The position numbers and the translations under genes are program-made. Of a stretch of DNA of 15,491 nucleotides, positions 1 through 7,237 are shown piece after piece. The notes beneath the pieces were generated by a model, which made no database searches, was not told the origin of the DNA, and worked only from the letters and a program-made list of their open reading frames with translations. Source of the stretch: Promethearchaeati archaeon (lineage in GTDB: Archaea > Asgardarchaeota > Heimdallarchaeia > JABLTI01); NCBI GenBank assembly GCA_013166835.1, contig JABLTI010000064.1, forward strand, positions 1 to 15,491, in the 5' to 3' direction. The first letter of the stretch is position 1. Each line of letters begins with the position of its first letter.

Positions 1-438
1 TGTATTCCTTATAGTGCTAAAGGTGGCGAGTTCGAACAAATACAAGTGGATGATAGTCATATTGCTTGTTATGTATTCACTATGGATGTGTTTTTAAAAG
101 AGAAACTTTGTGCACTAGCAATCGTTTTTGATTCCGACGATTATAAAAAGGAAATCGTAAGAGAGTTCTTCGTTGAAACTCTTGCAAACTTGTATGATAA
201 GAAATTGTTGGATTTTGAAAATATTGCAAACCTCCTTCCTGGTCTTTACAAGAAACTCCTCACTTATTTCTATAAATTTGAAGTTAGTTCAACAGTATCT
301 ATTGAGATAGATGTTCCCGAAAAAAAGAAAGGACCTAAGAAAGATGATATTGAGATTATAGTGGAGGATGTTTGGGATGGAGACATGGATGACGAGGTTG
401 AAGAGGATGATATCATAGAGGTTCAATTTGAAGATTGA
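1..438 (+). CDS. Hypothetical protein, 5'-partial, with highly acidic C-terminal tail (possible longin/uDENN-like alpha/beta domain)
   Basis: Frame +1 is open from base 1 (CIPYSAKGGEFEQIQV...) through the listed GTG at 46 to TGA at 436-438, so the true start lies upstream of the window. The tail is EDVWDGDMDDEVEEDDIIEVQFED. The fold guess is weak inference. Confidence 0.7.
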   Translation, partial: CIPYSAKGGEFEQIQVDDSHIACYVFTMDVFLKEKLCALAIVFDSDDYKKEIVREFFVETLANLYDKKLLDFENIANLLPGLYKKLLTYFYKFEVSSTVSIEIDVPEKKKGPKKDDIEIIVEDVWDGDMDDEVEEDDIIEVQFED

Positions 439-490
439 TACATGTTTGCAAAATTAAAATTATATGAGTCTTATAAATTTGAAAGTCAAG

Positions 491-1465
491 TTAGTCTACT
501 AAATCCCATTTTCCACATCTACTTCCCCATCTAGCTATTAAATCATTATTTTTACGAATTTCAACAATTTCGCAAATATTGGGACAACCTTCACATTCAA
601 AACCTGTTGTTTCAAATTTCATATCAGGAATATCCCAACCATAAAATGTTGATTTTCTTGGTCTCTTAGTAATTTCTTCTTGTGCAAGAATTGCGGCTCC
701 AATTGCACCCATTACATCAAAATGTTCAGGTATTATTATTTCTTGTTGTAGATATTTTTCAAAAGCTTCTTTCAATCCTTCATTTGCTGCAACTCCTCCT
801 TGAAACATTATTGGTGGTAGAATATCCTTCCCTTTGCCAACATTGTTTAAGTAATTCCGAGCGAGTGCTTCACATAATCCTTTTATTATGTCTGCTGTTG
901 GGTGCCCTAACTGCTGTTTGTGAATCATATCACTTTCAGCAAAAACTGTGCATCGACCTGCAATTGAAACTGGATTGTTTGAGCTGCAAGCTAAACAACC
1001 AAATTGTTCAATAGGTATATCTAACCGACTTGCTTGCATATCAAGAAATGAGCCTGTTCCTGCAGCACAAACAGTATTCATGGCAAAATCAACAGCAACG
1101 CCATTTCGAATTATAATTATTTTACTATCTTGACCGCCAATTTCCATAATTGTTTGAATATCAGGATTGTAATGCAAAGAAGCCAATGCGTGTGCTGTTA
1201 TCTCATTTTTTACAATATCCGCACCTATTATTACGCCAGATAACTGTCTAGCACTCCCAGTTGTTCCAGCACTAGATATTTCTAAATCCTTTTTGATTTT
1301 TTCTCTCATCAGTTTAATGCCTTTCTGAACCGAATTTACAGGCTTACCTTCTGTTCTAATATAAACTGATTCTATCAATTCCCTTGATTCATTAATTACA
1401 GCTAAATTTGTACTTATTGAACCAACATCAACTCCTAAGTAATATTGCTCTCCATTGTCTTTCAT
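491..1465 (-). CDS. HgdC/BadF-BadG-BcrA-BcrD family ATP-dependent [4Fe-4S] activase (CoA-substrate-specific enzyme activase, ASKHA fold)
   Basis: Motifs YLGVDVGSISTN, TTGSAR, NEITAH, EIGGQDSK, NTVCAAGTGSFLD, GRCTVFAESD, FQGGVAAN and MGAIGAA. Extra C-terminal CEGCPNIC...RC segment. AGGAG Shine-Dalgarno upstream. Confidence 0.93.
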   Translation of the reverse strand: MKDNGEQYYLGVDVGSISTNLAVINESRELIESVYIRTEGKPVNSVQKGIKLMREKIKKDLEISSAGTTGSARQLSGVIIGADIVKNEITAHALASLHYNPDIQTIMEIGGQDSKIIIIRNGVAVDFAMNTVCAAGTGSFLDMQASRLDIPIEQFGCLACSSNNPVSIAGRCTVFAESDMIHKQQLGHPTADIIKGLCEALARNYLNNVGKGKDILPPIMFQGGVAANEGLKEAFEKYLQQEIIIPEHFDVMGAIGAAILAQEEITKRPRKSTFYGWDIPDMKFETTGFECEGCPNICEIVEIRKNNDLIARWGSRCGKWDLVD

Positions 1466-1492
1466 TTTTTCTAATCTCCTTTAATTCTTGTG

Positions 1493-2581
1493 TTATTTTT
1501 TCCTTGTATCATTTCTTTTTCGATCAAGTAAATCTGTAAATGCTTCAAGTCTAGTTTTTAACCCAGCTTCACCTGTATGTTCATCCAATACAAGAGAAAG
1601 AATCGGCATATCATGTTCTTTGCTTACTTGTGGGATAATACTTCTAGTAATAATTTCAGGCATACAAGTAAAGGGGTACAAATGTATTACTCCATCCCAA
1701 CCTTTTTCCTTATACATAATTGCGTATCCTAATGATTCTTGCGTCTTCCCGCCAAGACGGTATCCAACGTATGGTTTTGCTTTCCTTATGGCAGTCTTAA
1801 AAGTCGGTCTTACAAAGGGGTTTGCTCTCGAACCTATATCTATCCATCTACAAAAAGTAATAGGAGTGTAAGAAATAACTCCTAATTCATTTAGTAGTCT
1901 CATTATATCAAGATTTATTTCAGGTTCTACAACAGCGTATAACTCACCAACTACAACAACTTTAAGAGGATCAGCTTTTTTATCAATATCTACTTTTTCA
2001 AACATTTTGTGAATTTTTTTCCTTAGTTTTCTGATATTATTCATACCCCTAGTTTCTACAATGATTCTGTATGCTTTATCAGCTACTGCTTGAGCTGAAC
2101 CTTTAGTGTGTTCTATTGCTTGATAATGGTAAAGATATTTGTCAACTAGATCTATAAACCGATTTTTGATCCAACCAATCTGGAATGCACGAAATGTACC
2201 CCAATAGGTTAAACCACTAGTTCGTCTTTTCATTTCTTGAATAAAACCAAGTGGTTGATTAAAATTCAAATAGAGAAATTCAAAATCATAACCGAGATCT
2301 TCCAATATTAGTTCATAAAGGGGAGTATAATAACCAAGTCTACAGTAGTCAACAAACAAGGTTCCTACAAGTTCAAATGCACCTTGCTCTAACACTTCAA
2401 GAAATGATCCAAGTAGCATTTTAAATGGCGTACACATCCACTCAGGTGAATGACGAGATCCAAGTTGTTTTGTCTTATAAGATGGTTTGTTTGGAACAAC
2501 AACATCTTTTCTACCCATTTCATAACATATAGATTCCATTACATATGTGAAAGTCCCAACATGTGGAAATGATATTGACAT
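1493..2581 (-). CDS. 2-hydroxyacyl-CoA dehydratase (HgdA/B-like, COG3581-type) Fe-S protein, activase partner
   Basis: N-terminal ISFPHVG, SPEWMCTPFK, CRLGYY, VVGELY, PFTCMPE and C-terminal LVLDEHTGEAGLKTRLEAFTDLL. GAGGGGG SD-like sequence upstream. Co-oriented between the DUF2229 and activase genes. Confidence 0.85.
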   Translation of the reverse strand: MSISFPHVGTFTYVMESICYEMGRKDVVVPNKPSYKTKQLGSRHSPEWMCTPFKMLLGSFLEVLEQGAFELVGTLFVDYCRLGYYTPLYELILEDLGYDFEFLYLNFNQPLGFIQEMKRRTSGLTYWGTFRAFQIGWIKNRFIDLVDKYLYHYQAIEHTKGSAQAVADKAYRIIVETRGMNNIRKLRKKIHKMFEKVDIDKKADPLKVVVVGELYAVVEPEINLDIMRLLNELGVISYTPITFCRWIDIGSRANPFVRPTFKTAIRKAKPYVGYRLGGKTQESLGYAIMYKEKGWDGVIHLYPFTCMPEIITRSIIPQVSKEHDMPILSLVLDEHTGEAGLKTRLEAFTDLLDRKRNDTRKK

Positions 2582-2630
2582 TTTTTCCCCCTCAATTTAT
2601 TTTGTATCTTGATTTTTTTTCTCCTACTAA

Positions 2631-3653
2631 TTATACATGTACTTTTGTAGCAATGTAAATTGGTTCTTCTTTTGTACTTCTTCTCAACATATCTATGAAA
2701 GCTTCAATTCTCGTTCTAAGACCTGCCTCTGCAGTTAATTCATCAAAAACTAATTGTAACAATGGCATTTCAGGATCTCTTTTAGAGAATTGAGTAGCCA
2801 TCTCTCCGGCAATTGAATCTGGACCACAGCTAAAAACCATTATGTGGATTATTCCATCAATAGTCTTGCTTTCTATGAAGTGCATAATTGTGCCTAAAAT
2901 TTCTTTTTCATAATCAAAATAGAGTCTAAAGTTCAGCTTATCAATTTGTCTTTCTATCAAATTTCTAGGCATTTGTTCAGAGGTAATTAAATCTATACCA
3001 TGATTTTGCAAAATTTTGCGAATGTTTAGTGATGCAAATGGATCATTTAATACATATGAATGACCGACTAATGCAAGTTTAAGCATTCTTTCATTTTCTT
3101 CAATGATTGGAGGATCGTTCAGAGTTAGTACAGATTGTTCCCATTTTAGGAGGGATTCTTCATCGATAATTAATTTTTTCTTATATTGTTTATGCTCTCT
3201 CAGAGCAAGTCTAAATGCTTTAATAATTCTGAAAGGATTCTTTGTGAAATATAACCCTACTCTATAGGCTTTAATGAAGAAACTTAATTTTCCATCTCTA
3301 CCTTTTGCCATATTATAATGTGGCATTATTATTGGTGGCAAATCAGGAAACATTGATCTTAAAACTTCAGCTAATCCGATAAATTTAGGACAGCCAACAC
3401 AGTCTTTGTTTTCACTGCCAAATCGTGGGATAAAGAGATAATCAACTTGATCCTTAATTGCCATGGTATGACCAAAAAAGAGTTTTGTTGAATAGCAATC
3501 TTCATTTGGAGCTATTCTTGCGGAATCACTTTTAATTTTTTTAGTGGTTAAAGGTGAAATAATGATTTCTGCTCCCAGTTCATTAAAAAATGTCTTCCAC
3601 ATATCAGCGAATTTAAAGTAAATTAAAGCTCTTGGTATACCAACTTTCTTCAT
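2631..3653 (-). CDS. DUF2229 / acyl-CoA dehydratase activase-related protein (COG3580-type)
   Basis: Motifs KVGIPRALIYF, W.TFF.ELG, CYSTKLFFGH, LFIPR, CPKFIGL, LVGHSY, FSCGPDS and DELTAEAGLRTRIEAFIDML. First gene of the three-gene operon. Confidence 0.87.
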   Translation of the reverse strand: MKKVGIPRALIYFKFADMWKTFFNELGAEIIISPLTTKKIKSDSARIAPNEDCYSTKLFFGHTMAIKDQVDYLFIPRFGSENKDCVGCPKFIGLAEVLRSMFPDLPPIIMPHYNMAKGRDGKLSFFIKAYRVGLYFTKNPFRIIKAFRLALREHKQYKKKLIIDEESLLKWEQSVLTLNDPPIIEENERMLKLALVGHSYVLNDPFASLNIRKILQNHGIDLITSEQMPRNLIERQIDKLNFRLYFDYEKEILGTIMHFIESKTIDGIIHIMVFSCGPDSIAGEMATQFSKRDPEMPLLQLVFDELTAEAGLRTRIEAFIDMLRRSTKEEPIYIATKVHV

Positions 3654-3927
3654 TTTTTAATCGCCTGTTTTAATCTTATTACATATTCTTGAAGATATAT
3701 TTAGAAGCAGATTTAAACTTGAAGAAGCACTCTCCATCTCAATTGTTTCTTAATATTGATTTAAGTATAAGTTGTTTTGACAAACTTTTTCTTGTGTAAA
3801 ATGATTATAATACAACAACTAAAGAAAAATCTTTTCCAAAAAAGATGCTTTTATAACTAATAATTATTTGTTTGACATTAATTAAGAGATTCACAGTCAT
3901 AAAAACAATATCAGTAACAACTATATA

Positions 3928-3942
3928 GGTAAACTTTATTAG
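3928..3942 (+). promoter_or_regulatory. Putative archaeal BRE-TATA promoter of the DMT transporter gene
   Basis: GGTAAAC-TTTATTAG, a purine-rich BRE-like element followed by a TTTA TATA-like box, about 60 nt upstream of the start codon. The AT-rich background lowers specificity. Confidence 0.4.
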
Positions 3943-4003
3943 AACTTCCGTATTTCTATTTACTACTTAAATTCATAATGTAGATTATTTCAGGAGTCTA
4001 AAA

Positions 4004-5095
4004 TTGATTTCAGATAACGCATTGGCAATTATATTAGGTGTTTTGGCAAATTCAATTTATAATATAGGATTAGTTTTCAAAAGAAAAGGAGCTTGCACTC
4101 TACCTGAAATTGAGAAACAATCTGCATGGCAAAATATTAAGAATTTTGCAAAATGTAAATCATGGGTTTTCGGATTCTCTTTGACTATTGTTCAATGGTT
4201 TCCATTGATGTATGCAATAAAGATTGGTTCTTTGTCACTTGTTGCTCCAACTATGGCTATAGGTTTTATTGTTTTAGTTATCTTTTCTTGGCTTTTTCTT
4301 AAAGAACCTATTAGGATTGTAGAAATAATTGGCATATTAGTTGTTATGGGTGGACTTGTTGCGTTATATATCATTGCCCCTATTGAGTCTGGTAATTATA
4401 ATCTTGCACAAATGACTGATTTCTTTAGAGAGATCAATGCAATTGCTTATCTTTGTGTATTTGCCATTATTATTGGTATTCTTATTAGTGTAACTTATGG
4501 GAGAAAATATCCCCAAGCAGGTGGAATACTTGCTATGGCTTCTGGATTAACCTATGCAACTGCTACAATATTTGCTAAAGGTGCTATTGGCAGTTTGACA
4601 TTTGCTAATGCAGCTGATTTTCTAAAAAATTCGTTAAGTGCTTGGCAGTGGTGGATATATCTTATCTTGATGTGTTGTGGGTATTTTGTTGCTTTTACAT
4701 CACAACAAATAGCTTTACAAAAAGGCAAGGCATTAGTTGTTTCTCCAACGATTGATATCATGAATCTTTTTATGCAAGTAATGGCAGGAATTTTTATTTT
4801 TAATGAATGGCTTGTTATTTGGTATAGTCTAATAACATGGCAAAAAGCTCTGAAAGTTATTTCAATCATTATGATTATATTAGGTGTCGCAATACTTTCA
4901 TTCTTTTCTAAGAAAGATGAACTGATAACTGAAGATGCTGGTACAGAAAAAAAGACAGAAGATGAATCTGAAGAGAAAGCATCACAGGAGCTAGAAGAAG
5001 AAAAGGATGAAACTGTAATTATTAGCTTAGAAGAAAAAATTGGGAGTACTTCGATAAAGGAGCCAAAAAAATCTGCCGGAAATATCAAAAAATAG
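4004..5095 (+). CDS. DMT superfamily transporter, NIPA (Mg2+ transporter)-like, about 9 TM helices, acidic tail
   Basis: TTG start preceded by CAGGAG. Motifs GLVFKRKG, SLSLVAPT, FSWLFLKEPI...EIIG, Q.ALQKGKA.VV.P and GIFIFNE. The IIAPIES...FF....AIAY segment is in the NIPA-like position. Confidence 0.75.
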   Translation: MISDNALAIILGVLANSIYNIGLVFKRKGACTLPEIEKQSAWQNIKNFAKCKSWVFGFSLTIVQWFPLMYAIKIGSLSLVAPTMAIGFIVLVIFSWLFLKEPIRIVEIIGILVVMGGLVALYIIAPIESGNYNLAQMTDFFREINAIAYLCVFAIIIGILISVTYGRKYPQAGGILAMASGLTYATATIFAKGAIGSLTFANAADFLKNSLSAWQWWIYLILMCCGYFVAFTSQQIALQKGKALVVSPTIDIMNLFMQVMAGIFIFNEWLVIWYSLITWQKALKVISIIMIILGVAILSFFSKKDELITEDAGTEKKTEDESEEKASQELEEEKDETVIISLEEKIGSTSIKEPKKSAGNIKK

Positions 5096-5143
5096 TGCAA
5101 TTGGTAAAAAAAAGGAAATCACACATGTTGATTGAATATTTCT

Positions 5144-5158
5144 AATAAACTTTTTATT
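5144..5158 (+). promoter_or_regulatory. Putative BRE-TATA promoter of the nitroreductase/DUF998 genes
   Basis: AATAAAC-TTTTTATT about 50 nt upstream of the ATG at 5208. Confidence 0.4.
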
Positions 5159-5207
5159 GTATTGTTACACTTGTTATCAACGAAATATTAACAGGTAGTT
5201 TTGAGAA

Positions 5208-5714
5208 ATGGATGCATTAGAGTTACTAAAATCAAGAAGAAGTATTAGAAAGTACAAATCAACTCCCGTTGAAGATGAAAAAATTGAGAAATGCATAGAA
5301 GCAGCTAGATGGGCCCCCTCTGCTTCAAATAAGCAACCATGGGAATTCATAATTGTTAAAGATGAGAAAATGCGAAAGAAATTTGCTGAGCTACATCCTT
5401 ATGCAAAATTCGTTGCAGAAAGTCCAGTGGTATTTGTACCATTAACTAATCCAGAAATTCATCCAAAATATCATATGTCTGATACTGGTTCAACAATCAT
5501 GCATTTCATGATCGAAGCTCATAGCTTAGGTTTGGCTACTTGTTGGGCAGGAGTTATTGGCGCTTCTTTTGAGTCTGAGTTAAAGAAATTGCTCAATATT
5601 CCCGATCATCTCAATATTATGGCAATAGTTGCACTTGGTTATCCTGACCAAACTCGAGAATCTTCAAGAAAACCTTTAGACGAACTAGTTCATTGGGAGA
5701 AATATTCTAAATAA
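5208..5714 (+). CDS. Nitroreductase family FMN-dependent oxidoreductase
   Basis: Motifs RRSIRKY, APSASNKQPWEF, AHSLGLATCW, ALGYP and RKPLDELVHW. Confidence 0.93.
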   Translation: MDALELLKSRRSIRKYKSTPVEDEKIEKCIEAARWAPSASNKQPWEFIIVKDEKMRKKFAELHPYAKFVAESPVVFVPLTNPEIHPKYHMSDTGSTIMHFMIEAHSLGLATCWAGVIGASFESELKKLLNIPDHLNIMAIVALGYPDQTRESSRKPLDELVHWEKYSK

Positions 5715-5738
5715 TAATCATCTGGAGAAAAGAAAAGA

Positions 5739-6347
5739 ATGCTAGTATTCAAGATATTAGCAATTTTTGGGATGTTAAGTCCAATTATCTATACATTAAT
5801 GTGGATACTTGGAGGTTTTATCGTCCCAGAGTATAGTCACCTACACAAAGATATCAGTTCTTTATTTGCCGTTAAAGCACATAGAAGATGGTTGTTTCAA
5901 TCACTAATGATTGTTTGTAGTGCGTTTTTATTGATTTTCTTTGCTAGTTCTCAATGGGCAACAAATAATGGTGAAGGATCGATTGTTGGGTCAGTTCTCT
6001 TCATAATTAGTAGTGTTATGGGTTTACTTGTTGCTTGTTTGTTCCCATTAGATGAAGGAGGTCTACCCACTGCTTGGCGAGGTAAAGGACATGTAATCTT
6101 AGTAGTTGGTATGGGAATCCTTCAGATTGTTGCGATGTTCTTTATGTTCTTTAGATTAAGATTAATTGTTGGTTGGAATGGACTTGCTATTTTCACATTA
6201 GTTGCAGCTATTGTCTCGTTAATTCTAATTGGTATAATGAGTTTCTTTGGAGGTAAACCTTACATGGGTTTGACTGAGCGATTCATGGCTAGTTCCTATC
6301 AAATCTTCTACTTTGTTTTTGCTCTAGTAGTGTATCTTAACAATTAA
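5739..6347 (+). CDS. DUF998 family membrane protein
   Basis: Motifs PEYSHLHKDISSL, FPLD, a conserved His (GKGH) and YMGLTER. About 6 hydrophobic segments. GGAG upstream. Confidence 0.8.
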   Translation: MLVFKILAIFGMLSPIIYTLMWILGGFIVPEYSHLHKDISSLFAVKAHRRWLFQSLMIVCSAFLLIFFASSQWATNNGEGSIVGSVLFIISSVMGLLVACLFPLDEGGLPTAWRGKGHVILVVGMGILQIVAMFFMFFRLRLIVGWNGLAIFTLVAAIVSLILIGIMSFFGGKPYMGLTERFMASSYQIFYFVFALVVYLNN

Positions 6348-6391
6348 TTCAAGTAATCAAATAGTAATATGAAATTGAAAGATATTAAAAA

Positions 6392-6823
6392 ATGAAAAGA
6401 AAATTAATTTCTGCGTTACTCATAATACATGGACTAATACATTTACTATTTGAGTTCATTATCTATGATACGGCAACAAGTGAATATGTGGGTTGGTCAA
6501 GTTAGTCATGGTTGTTGACAACCCCATTTGGAGATCTAGCTGTTTTAATTATAGGACGTATTATTTGGGGTTTAACTATAGCTGGTTTTGTTGGTGCTGG
6601 AATAACACTTATTCTTAAAAAGAAAATATGGAGAATTTTTGACATAATTGCATCAGCAATTTCACTTATCGGTTATTTTCTCTTCTGGGATGACTTAGCA
6701 CCTATTCCTTATTATTGGGTTGTGGGACCTATTGTAGCAGTTGTAACACTTGTAGCATTATTGACATTTCGTTGGCCAAAGGATGAAAATCTTTTTTCAC
6801 TAAAAGAGGAAAATAAAATTTAA
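6392..6823 (+). pseudogene. Small 4-TM membrane protein interrupted by one in-frame TAG at 6503-6505 (pseudogene, sequence error or amber readthrough)
   Basis: ATG at 6392 reads MKRKLISALLIIHGLIHLLFEFIIYDTATSEYVGWSS-TAG-SWLLTTPFGD..., in frame with listed ORF 6512..6823. The HGLIH...SWLL...IW...GF..AG...WR pattern is that of a common small membrane protein family. Confidence 0.75.
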
Positions 6824-6881
6824 ATGTTTAAAAACTAAGTCACATATAGTTACTTAAGGGTATATTTTGGATTTTGCAAAA

Positions 6882-7214
6882 ATGGGGTACGAAAATAATC
6901 AACTATATAAAACTGATTTTAGTAATAAGATGAATTTAGTAAGAACAGGTTTGATACTTCAAACTATATTTATGTCCCTACAAATTCTTGCAGTATTTCT
7001 AAATTTAATTGGTATATCCTTGTTTATTTATTTTAGTTTATTTGGAATTGTATTTTATTTTGTCTATTTTGCATTAGCTATTGCTTCAATCGTTTTATTT
7101 GCTAGTGGTTTCTACAAACTATCTAACTATTTTCCGTTTGACATGCAAAACAAAACGCGAATATCTGCGACGCTATTAATTTCTTTTATAGCATTTTATG
7201 AAATAAAAGATTAG
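6882..7214 (+). CDS. Hypothetical membrane protein, probably C-terminally truncated
   Basis: ATG at 6882 (MGYENN...). Two full hydrophobic helices and a third that ends abruptly (ISATLLISFIAFYEIKD*). Could be a gene remnant. Confidence 0.5.
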   Translation: MGYENNQLYKTDFSNKMNLVRTGLILQTIFMSLQILAVFLNLIGISLFIYFSLFGIVFYFVYFALAIASIVLFASGFYKLSNYFPFDMQNKTRISATLLISFIAFYEIKD

Positions 7215-7237
7215 AATTAAACAAGAATGGGTCTAAA

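Noticed and set aside
360-438. Acidic tail with Trp (EDVWD...) resembling an Arp2/3-binding acidic motif
   Set aside because: It is low-complexity acidic sequence, the Trp is not near the C-terminus, and there is no WH2 or central segment.
682-1871. Plus-strand ORFs 682..1014, 948..1133 and 1488..1871
   Set aside because: They are antisense shadows of well-supported minus-strand genes and have no recognisable motifs.
3688-3729. Short direct repeats CTTGAAGA and AGAAGCA in the intergenic region
   Set aside because: Only two copies of 7-8 nt in AT-rich DNA. This is expected by chance and is not a CRISPR or iteron array.
4192-5100. Minus-strand ORFs 4192..4374 and 4552..5100 (Ser-rich)
   Set aside because: They are antisense to the DMT transporter. 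The poly-Ser simply mirrors the GAA/GAT-rich acidic tail.
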